Of a stretch of DNA of 64,000 nt, positions 24,285 through 37,766 are shown in pieces (positions within the stretch are counted from its first letter, which is position 1; the number at the start of each line of letters is the position of its first letter). The notes beneath the pieces were generated by a model, which was not told the origin of the DNA, made no database searches, and saw only the letters and a list, made by a program, of their open reading frames with translations. The stretch is from Lingula anatina (taxonomy: Eukaryota > Animalia > Brachiopoda): contig CM120642.1 in the NCBI GenBank assembly GCA_051362555.1, positions 27,590,001-27,654,000 on the forward strand, in the 5' to 3' direction. The position numbers were made by a program, and so were the translations under genes.

Positions 24285-26222
24285 TATGACGAAATACAGT
24301 AACACCATCAATGTTGTCCTTTTTATACAGTCCCCTCTTTTTTTATCGCACTTGCTCTTGTTTTTCTCTTACGTGCGCGTGCGTTTAAGTACACAAAACA
24401 CATTTTTAAATCAAGTTGACAGGTTAATAGCGGTTACCGTCACAATGGTTGACTAACGTTTGTTTTTATGGACTGGTGCTGCTAGTTTCTCCTCTAACTC
24501 CCCTCTCTCCATCTCTTTCTCACTCACTCTCCTTCTCCTTCTTCTCTCTTAGATCTATATGTACTGTCCCCTACTCAATCTTTTCATAATTGTATTGTTC
24601 TCTCTCTCTTGCACGTGTGTGTCGTTGTTTTGAAAAATAAAAATAAAAATCACTTTTAAACATATTAAAATGTATTCTTTTTATTATATTTTCTTTTGAA
24701 GTGAAGCACATTTTCATTAATCTTGATTTTGTCTCAGATTTTCGTGATGGGTGAATATCCGAAATAGTTCTGGCATGCGTTCAACCTCTATGCTCCCTAT
24801 TTTGTGGCGGGACACCACACTATCATGTTCGTAGGCTGTCTGCTGCTGCGAGACCGTTAGAAAAATACTCGAGGTTAAATATCAGTATTCATTTCATCAT
24901 GGTGGCATTCTTTCGATTTAAAAAGTAGCTGTGGATTTAATTGTCCATTCTAGTGTAAACAACACTTGACCACTTATTTCGGCAAACGTTAATAGTTTCA
25001 AGGGCCCCACCACGGAGCTTGAACGTTTATGCTCTTAAAGAGTGTTCAGTCGCTAATTGGAAGTGACAGAAGCTGACACAGTGTCAAATTGTGGAGAGGT
25101 TAAAGCCAAATTTGATCAAATGTTTAACCCCTAGGGTTAAAGAAAGAGACAGGATGCCAACGATGATGATAAACAGTCTCTTCTTTTTAAAAAAATCTGA
25201 AAATATCTTGTTAATTTATCCAGCATTTTTTCAAATTGTTCTTTTAATTATTGTGTAGCTCAGCTCTTATGCGGGTTACAATGATTTGAAAGGTACGCAT
25301 TTATGAAGTTTGATTCCCCAAAGCTACCCAGTTATATTTTTATTGTTTTTAGTGATTGATTGATTGATAGACATACTGATTAATCTATTCATTTGATTAA
25401 TATAGTAGTGTCTTTGTTCATCTGCCGACTTTCATTTATCCATTCAAAAATATAAAAATTAACATAAATACGTTAATACAGATAAATGAAAAATATACAT
25501 TGTAAATAAATAAATAAATAAATAAATAAATGAATAAATAAATAAATAAATTTATGAATATTTGGCATAGCGCAAGTATGTTTATAGATTTATCAAATTG
25601 ATTTAAACAAATAAAAAGAAAACAGTATCGTGAATTAATTCAAGTTCTTTACTCGGTTTGGCTTGTTCTTCGAGTGACGGTTATTGGTGTATACGTAACT
25701 GTTGATGTAAGTCAGCAGAACTAGGTCACTTCTGCGTGAAATACAGCTTGAATCATCCTATCAATTTTCTCTCCACCCCCACCCCCCGGAGTGTGTCATT
25801 CTCCCTCTTCTCCCTCTCACTCAATCATTTTTTATTCCTTTCATGCTGCTTGGCTTTTCTCCCTGCCCTATAGTATTTCTTAAATGTGAAATCGAAATAT
25901 CCGATCTCTGTTTACAGTAAAGAAACTACGATTGCTTCCTGCGGCGAAATAGGTTGTACACACATTTTTGACAGCCTCTGTGAGTCACGTCAAGTGACAC
26001 AAAACAAGTGACTACTAAGCTAAGGAATATCCTTCTTCACTAAAGAGGAACAGATACTAGGAAAACACGTTTAAATGGGGATTTTTGCTGTCATAGCGCT
26101 GATAAAGAGCGAAGAAATCGAAGGCTCATTGGGGTAGAAAGGCACCTGCCTCGTGAATTTTTTAGTGGACATCACGGTGGAATCGTCTTATTATCAGCAT
26201 CCTTAGAGATACAAGGATAAGC

Positions 26223-29200
26223 ATGAGTCACAATTACGTCTATGCTAGTAGACTGCTCTTGGGATGTTATATTGCCTGTCTGACTTCAAACACTGGTTGT
26301 AACAGCAAAGCGGATAAGATGTCAAAGATCGCAGTTAAATCAAATCTGTTGAAGGCACATGCTTTGGACGGTTTTACTAAGAGGCATTTCCCTAACGATT
26401 TCGCACCGGGGTACTCCTCAATGGTAAGCTTTTATTTTACTTGCAACTGTAAATTTAGCATGTACAGCATTTCAAAGTTCAAAGACGGACGTATTCATTC
26501 TTTTGTTGTGGATCGTGTTGACTGTTCTTTTCTGAAACAACCCAGAATTTCCCTCCAGAGTCTCTTGTCTTGAACAATTCAACCGTGGGTAACCCCACGG
26601 GAAAATGCACGACCGGGGGGTGGGGGGTGGGGTGGGGTGGGGGGTCAAGATGATTGAAATATTATTCCCTAATCTGATTGTTAGTTTTGTCTTGTAGGGT
26701 AAAATTGGGACCGATGATTCAATAAAAATTACACCGTCAGTGTAAATCATTACTAAGCTTTGGGATGCTCATGTGTATTTATATATATGCGACAAATACA
26801 CTGTGGTGCTTGGCGTACCTGATAAGCAATGAACATATGTTTTCTGCGAATGGCACCTATCGAGCAACATTTCCATAGCATTGAAAATGATAATGAAACC
26901 AGCATCGAGGATAAAAGAGTTACGCCCTTCAAAGCACAAAGCTCGTAAGTTCCGTTTACACCCATTTTTCTAGCCCGTGTCTAATTCAGACCTGATCCGA
27001 TAAGAATAAGCTTCCAGCCTCGTTCGTCTCCATAAATGTGTCACTGAGTAGGTGAAGGCGTTGCCTATTTAACAAATTCATCGCATGTAAAAATAGTTAA
27101 AATATGAGATGATGCAACACACAACATAAGAATTTCTGTAATGTAATCAAAGATGTGTTGCTTTGCTTATACCATTTGTATATATTTATATGGCTTTTAG
27201 ATTTTTTCTCTCTCACTCGTTTCGTCACTGGTTCACTTATATTATACCCTCAGCAGATAGATAGAAAATGTTTTATAGGGGAAAAATATGTTATCGTGTC
27301 ATCAGTCTAATTAAAGTAACCTCACAGCAAGTTTTGTTTGTACAAGAGTTAAATTTGTCTCCAGAGAAGAAAAATGAGCAATACCTACCACAAAGAGCAC
27401 CTGCAGCATAGATAACTAATTTAAGATAAGTTTGGGCCTATTCGCAGAGTGCGTTACACTATTCTGCTGCGCACACTTTTCTCTTGCTCACTAGTGTGGT
27501 CATCAGTGTATTGACTCTCTTCCAGCGGTCTTCTTGCTGTTAAAAATTGAATATTTATTAATTGGTCTTCATTTGCAAGCAGTACTTCATATCGTACCAT
27601 TGGGTTCGATCTTATGTGGTCCGAGATCAATGTGTGTTGACGAGGCAGGGTATGAGTGAAGGCCTGTTAATGTTTGCCCTTTAAATAGCACACGACCCAG
27701 AAATAATGCTATTCGTACTCGTATTTTACTGCTGTCATTGGTATTTCCTGTTTTACGCAACGCGACTTGAATAACAAATCGAGCTCTTTAAACGATTCCT
27801 TAATTGCTGTATATAGGATTAATATTGTGGGGATACGGGGAATAACTTAAAGAGCTGTTGATGACATTAAGACGCCTTCGTACTTTCATAAACTTTGACG
27901 AGTAAGTTTTTTTACTAGAAAAAATTGGCTCTTTTTCAAACAGATTAAAATTTCACTTGAAGTTCAATGTTCAAACGTTGTCTCTATGCTTTTTCAATTC
28001 ATTCCAGTAGTGTTTGACCATATGACTGTGGGTCACGCAGATATTTACATGTAAAAATTGATATCTTATGGATCATCCGAGTTGAGACGTTTTATCAGTT
28101 TTGTCTCTATTAAGTGACGTATACCTACATATGGCTAACTTTGCACGCTTTCGTACCCAGAAAGAGGGCATTTCGCGGAGAGTGTTTCATTTCACCGTGT
28201 CTTTTCTATCACAGGCATAAAGTTTGTTCTTTGCTCCGTACTGTTTACATTGGCATTAAAGGTTTTTCTAAAATGTCGCAAGACTGAATGATCAAAGGAG
28301 AGAGCTGTCGAGAAACTATTGCTTGGCAGGCCAAAGGCCATAACTAAGACCTTAGAAGTGTATCGGGAAATTCTTTTGTCATTACATGTTTTCTGTCTGT
28401 CTGTCTGTCTGTCTGTCATTGTGTCCGTCCGCCATTCTGTCCGCATGTCTGGCAACAAAGCGAGCAGCATTCTTTTCGAACTTTGAGTCATAAGCTCATA
28501 TTCTTTTTTACTTCCCCTATTATTGTATAACTTTTGGAAGGGTTGGGAGGAAGGGTTATGATTTCACAGTAGATTAGTGATCACAATTCCGAGACGCGAC
28601 GATGTTATCGGTGGCACCAGGTTTCTGGAGAACGTGACGAACCGTAATAATAAAGTTTATTCATCCATTGCACATATATATTATAAGATACACATAAAAC
28701 AGAAATTGTTTTACCGTCTCGGGTTTAGGTAAAGATCAAATACATGAATAAAATATAGTACAAAACAATGCAGGCAGAAGTAAAAAAAGATTGAGAGTTA
28801 TTGTTAAAATCTTTATTTTTTTACTATTTAAAAGAGTTGTAGCGATAGTATAAAAGTTTTAAAAAACCGTTTGTTTCCTTTGAAAGTTAAAAGTCTACAT
28901 TTGCCTGGGAGAAATTAAAAAAGTTCTTTAGCAGTATGAATGGTATCGCGCAGGCGTCATTAAATATCGTTTTTGTATTTCAAACTTTTCTGAATATGAC
29001 ATCTACGCTTTATCGAGCTGCTTGTGAAAACCAAACTATTTGGGGTGTAATAATCAAATGAAATATTCTTGCAACAGCTTCGTGGGCAGCGTTTCCGCTT
29101 ATTTTCACTAGGCTAAGCTGATCCCCATTTTACCGTTTTAACTTTCAAAAGCAAAAATGTGTAAAAAAAAGAGACTATTAATATTGTTTCTGGCTAGCGC

Positions 29201-32200
29201 ATTTTTTAGGCAACTGTTTATTTCATAACGCACCCTCCCTGTCGAACAAAATCCGGGTTCATGTGACATGCATGAAATGCTTTTAAAATCTAGATGTAAA
29301 TATTACTACTACAAACCCAAATTTAAGGTAAAAGTTACCACCATGTTTTGAAATTTTAGTCCCTTCTCAGAACGTCTCCTCCTTGATTTTACATAAGCAA
29401 CCTAAAAAGAGATTAAAGGGCACATTATCGTCGAAGTCTCCATGTTGCACAGTCAAAGAAACATGATACCAGCGACACCAAATATTTTGCAACGGTTCGT
29501 TACGGGGAATTAACGTTAAAAGCATAATAGTGTTCGTGACTAACCTCAAGCTACAGGGACGTCAGAACGTGTGTTCACTTAGAACCAAATATTTTGGGGG
29601 TATTTTTTTTTTTGCACAAACTCATCACCAATGAAAAAGGACCAGTGCTCTATATTTCCCATTTCGATCCCTGAAATCTGTGCGGGGAATTATCCACAAT
29701 TGAGACTGATTGAGACTGTTACCTACAAAATGCAGATTCTTCAACCTAAAACTCAAGCCAACAAGAAATACCCACTTGATGTGGCAGACGCCCTGTGGAC
29801 TTGCAGGACGACTGTTCCAACCAGCCCTTGACATCTTGACCACGAGCCGGCGTCCTAGCTGTGAACTTTTGGCCACAATGACCTTCGTTATTGTTAACCA
29901 CACCTCCAGTGTTTCTAAACTTTTCTAAAAAAACGTGCGATCGTATGGCAATGTGGAATTCTCGTCCCAGGATATTCACGTCGAAATAACCTCCAAACAA
30001 GAGTAGGTAATTTTGTTGCAAAATACAGTTCCACTATCTTTGACCTTTCTTCCACAGAAAAATTCACTTAGTGGCCCATCTTGGTATCAGATAAAACTTA
30101 CAGGCCTTACCTGTAGCTCACCTGAAAAATAAAAAGAAATATCATTGCTGTAGACAATATGGGCCTTTTGTCCCTCTTATTGTGTCCCACCCTGTATAAA
30201 CAATACGTCCTATAATATCTTCACAAAAAAGATAAATAAATTTATGAACAAATAAATAATTTTATAATTAACTCGTGTGAAATTCCTTCGAAGATAACAT
30301 ACGACACGAGTATTACTAAAAGAAAAGTCTCCAATGGATTATTTCATGTAGTGCAGAAAGTAAATTCAACGTCGTCAATGAAAGATGAATGCATATTCGT
30401 AAATGGATAAATATATTCTATATTATTAAAATACAGTGCATTGTATTTATCTAGTTATCATTACAAAATGTTTTTTAATGTTGAAGGAAAGTCGAAAGCG
30501 CGGAGACGTATTGTGAAATAATTTTAGCGTTATTAAGCTTGCATTCTTTTAAGTCATTTTTTGCCTTGCTATTAGGCATGAATCAAGATGTTTTCAGTTA
30601 ACCTTAAATTTCTTGTACACTCATTTGCTTTATGAACCATTATACAATAATTAACACCATAGATTGTAGACATTGTACAGGATAGTCCAAATATTAGTAA
30701 CAAAATAAAAACATCATTTTTAAGACCTTGGTATATTCCTCTAAATTGCTATGATAAATGTGTTATACATGTGGATAGTTTTTAGATGCATCGTCCAAGT
30801 CATTGATATATATTGATGTTTGATCTTTTCTTTAAGGATAGATTTGTTCTTCCAATTAAAATTTCTGATCTGATGGCGAAAATGAAAGAGACGAAATCGT
30901 ATCATGACGTCATCAGAATATTCCTTGGAGACGACCTGTCCAATAGGGAGATTCAAGACATGTTGACGGGAAAATCTCAGGAGCACGTGACGGTAAAACT
31001 GAGACACGGTCTTGGGATAGAAACGGTGAACGACATTGGATCAGACCACGTGGCTCATAAATTAAACTCAGCAGGTATATGCAAACGAGAAGGAATTCTG
31101 TTCATATGCCTTTTAGCTGTTTTGTCTTCTTTTTCTCTTTTTCTGTAATAGAGACTATAATTCATGCACTATTTTTTAAACATAATCAACAGGTTATAAG
31201 CAAGTGCAATTAATTCAAATAATCGACAGAGCAGATATATTGGTCAAGAGTTTTTTCATATAGACCATACTGAAACAATCGATGAGGTAAGGACCGATGT
31301 TACAATCCATACGCAGTGTAAATCAACATTATTTTTTAAGTCCAACAAATACTTCTTTATTCCCAGACCTAAAAGCCGCATACGAACACTATCGGGAGGT
31401 GCACTCGGCGCCTGTCTCCTGCTCCACGCCCATCGCTGAGGTGATCAAAATCAACAAAATCAACACCAACCCTCACAAGGCTTATATCCCGGACTGCACC
31501 GTGGTTTACAGGTGTCGCAGGGAAGCTGGTTGTTGCACGGCATCCTCACAGTGCGGACCCAAGAGGAAGAAAAATATAACAAGGGCGTTTTATGTGAGTA
31601 ACACTATTTTTTATGAGTATGGAACACGCATTTTTATGAAAATTTTAATTTTTAATATAAAAGAAATTTGGAAACTGCCTCTTTGTGTACTTATGATCGG
31701 ACTATCGAAGCGGATCCAGTGCAGTTGCTTTATTAGTCGCCACCACTCACCCACCTAATCTTTATGAAAATGTATTCTCATACACTGTAGAACTTGAGTG
31801 ACACATACTGTTGTGTGTTTAAACATGTGCGCAAAATAAAAGATAAAGAGGAAGTGATATAAAAACCGTTTCAGTGTATGATAATCATTTTATTCGGAAA
31901 CTAGACTTTTATTGTACGAAAAGAGGCATGTCTGAAATCGTGTCGATCTGCGTGCTTACAAATTAACCAATAAACGCTCTCTTAAACATAACCAGTGTGA
32001 CAAAAGACTGTAGTGGTAGGTGGCTGGAACTTTGACTTGTATTGAAAGCTGATTTTCGATGCCATGTCTTTACAAAAGTTTCTCCTTAGCAGGATTTGAA
32101 CCAGCGACCTAGGGATTTCAATTTCTCCTCTACGGTCCTCCGATCTGCCAACTGAGCTATCATGTTCGTGGGTGCTCAGGTTAATGAGAAATTTGAGAAA

Positions 32201-33905
32201 CCGATTTCCCTTTTTTTAGCCCAAAATCGCAATTATGAAGATTTATCTACTATCCAAAAATGAATATAAGTCAGTAAATAGGGAGTTTTTTTTTTGGCTA
32301 ACCCTGACCGTATCCTTAATATCTCCCAGTTTGACTCAACGAGTTATCTGATGCTCGGATTCATAATGTAAGAAACCGGTTTGTTTGAATAGTGCACTTG
32401 CACTGACTCATTTTTTCCTTTAAATTATAAATTGTCATTTATGAAGATGTTAAACATGGCAGTTAATGCAATTCATGAACTCACTGAAAATAATCTTGGA
32501 GGTGCAAAGCACATGAAATTACATAATGCGGCCTTTTTTCTCTCTCTTCTTTTTCTTGAAAGTTTCCTCTGAATAAAAAAGGTTAAAAACTTTTGAGTAC
32601 CGAAGTTACTATAATGGGGAATCCTGCTGAAAGCTTTTCAGTTTCCGCCAAGGCACCGTTAAATAGGAACTTCCTGCTTCACAGGTGGCCCGTCTATTGG
32701 CAGTAAACATTTTGGTGCAGAATACAGATGTCATCTTTTTTTATACTCTGATAAACCGTTGGCTTGACTTCAAAATGATTAAGAAACGTTGAATTATAGT
32801 TAGAAGTACATAACTCACGTTTACGTCATTCGACTTATTTTGCAGTTTGGGTACTATTATATTTTTAAGTGGCCGCCAGATGTTTTTTATCCACAATAAA
32901 TATGTCAAATCGCGTTCCTGTTTTCGGGCTAGAGAAAGTTGCAGGATCATGTAAAAATACAATGTTCAATGTTTCTACATTTCTACAAGGGGGGCTGGAC
33001 GGTTGCTACACATGTAATATTTCAGGGTAGGTGGCATACACTTAGTGTTCCCGAATTTCAGAAAATGGGCCTTTTATACTTGTAACTCTCCTGTATTCCA
33101 GGTAGTTGGACTGGAAAGGGAGTATACGTTCCATATTCCTTGGGTGGAAACCTTGACATTTGAAAACCACACGGAGTGTGGATGCATACCTATAAAGACA
33201 CTGCCGAGGTGAGTTCAGTTAACCTTAGGATATATAGGATATTAAAATGAAGGGGGCGGGGGACTTACACCCGCGGGATTTAATTGACCGAAAAAACTGA
33301 CATGGCACGATTTGTCGTATTGCTTCTGTGCGCCTGATTGTTTTTCTACCCTTCCCTTTTGGTACAAAACGAGGGTTGTATCTGTCTCTTTCATTTTTTG
33401 TAAAAGTGTGGGAGTGGTGAGTCTTTCGACCCTGACTTCCCCTATGCCAAACTTATTGTTCAAATTCAAACTGGATGGTTACTTTTTAACTTAACACTGA
33501 TGGTAGTTTTAAGATTGCGATAGGTGTTCCGATGCAGAATGTGTTAGTTGTTGAACGTGCACAACCGCACTGCTGATGACCGATTTCGCTGCACGTTGCA
33601 ATGATAGACGGCTTCGTTGCACAAGTAGCGATCTATAGTTTTAATTATAAAAAAGTAGTAAATGATGATGTGTATTGTGAGCCGGATATGAACCAACGAC
33701 ATGAGGATTCCTATTTCACACCGTTCCAACATTTGAGAAATAAAAATTCCCACTATCATTTGATAATTAAAAAGCAATACACAGTACTGTTTGAATTATT
33801 TCTTAATGTAGGAGCCTACTCGTACATATTACATTCATACACAGATGGAGAAATATGCAGCCATCGGGAAATTGCCTGCCAGACTAATCATGACTGCTTG
33901 AAATA

Positions 33906-33948
<43 letters not shown>

Positions 33949-35354
33949 CGCAAAAATTTTAACATCACAGGTCATCGGGACTGAGCAAAGTTTCTGTGAA
34001 ATGCAATGCAGAATAACAAATCGCATATAAACATAGCCTCACAGAAATGAAAGAATTAGTTCAAACAAGCAAAAAATTGGGAAGAACTGCAGGTATCTTG
34101 TGGTGCTGGTCATCTTGACCTTCAGTATCTTCAAGGTTTTCCCCCATGTCTGAATATGTAATTAACACATGTTGTCCAACGTGCTGAAGCATCCAAATGA
34201 TGGAGATTTATAATTAATGTGTCAGGCTTAAGTACGTACGTGTTAATCAAGAAAGGAAGTAGGCCTATATATAATTCACTGATTAAAAATAATTGTGAAA
34301 AGAACCTATGCGGAGGGGATTATGGGATTTATCTCATTTGCGGATAAGCTGCGTGTTTGATGTCGCAAACTGATATATGTATAATTCAACCTAATTTCAT
34401 GTACTGATTTCATTACGAAATCTTTCGGAATTATAGGCTTTTTTATCACAAGTCCATTATAATTTCTTTCCTTGTGTTCGTTTTCATCATATGGCAGGAT
34501 TGTTTTAAAAATATCAATTCAAAAGGCACTGCTGCTCTTGAATAGATCAAAAATTTAATCAATATTGGCCTAGGTTTATGTAATCAGATCAAATCAAATC
34601 CTTCCAAATAAAACATGCTTCGATAAGTTTGGAATCTTATAAACTGATTTGATTTTCGAGCGTCCGACGAAATTCCTCTGTTTTGATAATTTTCTCATTT
34701 TCTTTTAGTTGTAAGAAGTGCCCGCGCCCATTCGTTCTGCGACGCAATCACGTTGCTGTTGACCAGTGTGACTGCCAATGCCGTGATGGAGCAAGGGAGT
34801 GTAAAAGAATAAGCAGGGGAAAGAAACCTCTCGAAGAAAATCAGTTGTCGTGAGTGTTTTGCCTTACATACAACACACTGAAGGGAAAGCTTATGGCGAA
34901 CCGCATTGTATTAAAGATTCATGTATACAAGACCGGTCGCACACCAATTTAATATTCATTTGCAATTTTTGATAAAATAAGTCTTGGTAATTCATCATGC
35001 TATCATATTGGAACGTTTTTTATTTGACTACGTCCTTTGAATGTTTATTGTTGACAAGAAGGTAAAAAAATCCCGATTTTCAGCTTTTCTTCATAACAAG
35101 CAAAATTTTCCTATCTTTCCTATCTTTTAAGGTGCATCAAGCGACGGGATTGCTACACGCCGCCTTGCCAGTTCGGCAACTTCGATATTAAGTCCGGCTA
35201 CTGCCCAGAACGCACGGCCATTTTGGAGGAGCACGAGGAAATTGAGGTAGAAGAAACGGCCAGTGGCCAAACGGTGGAGGTCATCAGTCGGGGGGAGCTG
35301 GTACTGACCAACGGGCAAGAGGTGTCGATATCAAGGAGGTCAGTCGGGACCTAA
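26223..35354 (+). CDS. PDGF/VEGF-family growth factor (Pvf-like), ~378 aa, 6 coding exons
   Basis: Exons 26223-26423, 30837-31074, 31367-31593, 33102-33208, 34709-34849, 35132-35354, with GT-AG sites and matching phases 0,1,0,2,2. The cystine-knot domain has all eight Cys: SCSTP...YIPDCTVVYRCRREAGCC...QCGP...FENHTECGC. Cys-rich tail CKKCPRPF...CDCQC...C...CIKRRDCYTPPCQFGNFDIKSGYCP. Exon 1 (putative signal peptide) is the least certain. Confidence 0.9.
29440..30194 (-). mobile_element. Degenerate Tc1/mariner element with a DUF4817-type N-terminal HTH (maT/DD37D-like), in intron 1 of the PDGF/VEGF gene
   Basis: Terminus TA-CAGGGTGGGACAC on the minus strand at 30194. Translated remnant KFRNTGGVVNNNEGHCGQKFTARTPARGQDVKGWLEQSSCKSTGRLPHQVGIS resembles the consensus KFxxTGSV...SGR..T.RT...V...SPxKSxRRxSxQxGIS. 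FFIGDEF (from WFSDEA) lies near 29620-29640. The other end was not found. Confidence 0.7.
32081..32166 (-). pseudogene. Decayed tRNA-Tyr(GTA) copy with a 13-nt intron, antisense in intron 3 of the PDGF/VEGF gene
   Basis: Minus-strand ...ATAGCTCAGTTGGCAGATCGGAGGACCGTAG[aggagaaattgaa]ATCCCTAGGTCGCTGGTTCAAATCCTGCTAAGGAGA. The acceptor stem no longer pairs, and there are D-stem and U33 substitutions. Confidence 0.85.
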
Positions 35355-36149
35355 CTGTTTTTTTTTCATAGAGCTGAACTGAAGGGACATTGAAGATGAG
35401 ATCCAATTGAAAAGGGGCTTCATGTCGCCCTGTAGACCTGAAGCGTACGGAGGCACAGAACTGCAGCTAGTTTTACTTGGGTCAGGAGAATGTTTATCTA
35501 TTATCACTCCATAAAAAAGGAATTGCAATTAAGCGTATGGTCCCTTAAGTAAGGAAAAGTTGCAAAAAAATAAAATGTGCCCACTTGAAAAAGTTTGTCA
35601 GAAAACATCCTCTGGTTTTAAGGTTACTGGCCTCAAGGAATACTGTACAGAAGGCCTACTAGTGTTGTACTGAGCTCACTGTTATTTGTAAATAATGGTT
35701 AAATTTTGTTAAAACGTGCGTTTTTCACTGTCGGACACAGGAAATCGGGCAAGGGAATGGGAAATCATTGCAATTTTTTTCCCTCCTTTTATGTACATAA
35801 GCGACACACCCCGTCCACGTGATCAGTTTAAGACAAAAACACCAAGGACATATCAGTTAAGCTTGGGAAACTGCGTTGTAGTTTATCAAGAGGATATGAG
35901 ATCTTGGTAATTAGATGTGTCAAATTTCTCAGGCTAGACACGAGCTTAGAAATTACAATTATTTATATTCATAAAATGTAATAAGGTTCTAACAGTTGCT
36001 TCCTTTTACAATTGCGAAGGACGCTTTTGCTGGCACTGCACGTACATTTAAATACTTTAAATATAATAGTGAATAAATAAAATTTACTAAAATAAAACAA
36101 TCACGGTATTTTATTTATATTATAATCTTTACTTTATATATATCTTTAT

Positions 36150-36153
<4 letters not shown>

Positions 36154-36190
<37 letters not shown>
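36154..36190. repeat. (CA)n microsatellite
   Basis: Directly visible. Confidence 0.95.
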
Positions 36191-36193
<3 letters not shown>

Positions 36194-37588
36194 ACGATAT
36201 AAATAAGGGTATCAACCTTTTAGGTCTCCTTATGTCATACCCGTTCCGTTACCCTAAAGTCCGATTCTCCAATAAATGTATTTTCTAGTTGACAAACTCC
36301 AAAATTAGGGATGATCGATCCATTGGGAATGGAAAGACAGCTTTGAAGATTTAAGGTTATTTGATATCTCAATTGGTGCGTATAATTCATGAAACATATG
36401 GATTTTATACTGTGGTCACTGCGGCTGAGCCTCTCTTCAGCCTTGCCAACTGGAAAACCAGAAATGATCAGACAACTCGATTCTCCGGATCCTGGACTTA
36501 TTTGCCTCAGTGTCTTGATGTTGGTGTATATAACCTTAACTATGGGTTACGTTTTCATTACAATGGATCTCTTGAAAGGCTTTGATGTCATCCTGCATTC
36601 CAATGTTTTTGAGGCGGACTGTTAATTTCCCTCCTTACTGATATGGTCACACTACATCCTGAACTACAAATCTGATGAAATCTATGACAATATCAACATC
36701 AGATGGATTTAGAGGGTCTCTCTGTAGAAATCAAATAAATGCAATAAGCAGCCCCCGCCTACACATTTTGTTTAGCTGGCGTGAAGATTTACAGATACTT
36801 CATCAGTCAGCATTCCGAGTTCCAAAAATTGGTGGAGTTCACCGCTTTGAGAGTATCTCAAACTCAAACCGAACCGTCATCTGGAGACCGAGGGATTCCT
36901 ATCACATATAAAATCTTTTTCGTAGCATGTGCTGATGAAAATGTACGTGTGTACAGTTAAAGCAAACTATTTTATTCAAATCACTACGAAAAAGTAGACC
37001 GAAAATAAGCGTTTTGTTTCTTTTATAATTCCATCCCACACTCTACTGGTGGGACGGGAATGGTAAAACTAGGAATGGAAGTCCGGGGTAACATATGCTG
37101 AGAAAAGGTTAAGGTTAGTTGTAATACTGGGGTAAGTGTATGGGACGAATGTCACCTGTATAAATTAATGGGTTAACGGACTACGGTTCCTAACAGACTA
37201 CCGTTCCTGTCACACCGGGACCGTCGAGGATTTTACTTTTCACAGATACTTATACATGTTTCCCTGGTCAATTCTGAGCACATTTTTGTACAGCGAGAAT
37301 TTTAGTATAGAAATGACGTCATAACGGAGCTGTCAACTGACAGGGAGTAAAGACATCCCATCCTGCATGTGACGGGGTTAGTTGCGTAAATACCCTTGGT
37401 ATTAGCTTTTGCAAAAATGCACGAAAACGAGAGGAGAAAATCAAGACGAAAACAATCACCTCCTCACTGTAAATCTTTGATCCACCTCTTTCTTCACAAC
37501 CCGCTGTTTGTAACTATCCCACCTTATCTTTAGTTGATTGCCTAAAAATGCATTTCTTTATTGAATACCATCCTACTGAAGTAATATA

Positions 37589-37766
37589 TACTGAGCAAAA
37601 ATATAAACCCTAATGCAATACTTAAAATAATTATCGGCATTATGGGTTATAATCTATATTTTTTAAATCATACAAAGTGAATTTTGCTCTTTAATGTGTT
37701 ACAGAAAACTCTCGGTAACCCATTACTTAAATAATTCACATGGGGTGTTTATATTTTCGCTCAGTA
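37589..37766. mobile_element. Tc1/mariner-derived MITE (~180 bp)
   Basis: TACTGAGCAAAAATATAAAC ... GTTTATATTTTCGCTCAGTA inverted termini in TA-rich flanks. Confidence 0.75.

Noticed and set aside
28370-28500. (GTCT)n tract with TCCG repeats, and ORF 28192-28491
   Set aside because: The ORF is microsatellite-derived (TDRQTDRQ). It is probably another Helentron-like remnant, but the termini are not recognisable.
33905-33946. Long poly-A runs (also 19591-19634 and 60851-60884) producing poly-K or poly-F ORFs
   Set aside because: Simple homopolymers with no adjacent retrocopy or TSD detected.
36200-36950. Slightly GC-richer, coding-like stretch with several 74-78 aa ORFs
   Set aside because: No recognisable motifs or consistent splice sites; probably an old repeat that cannot be classified by eye.
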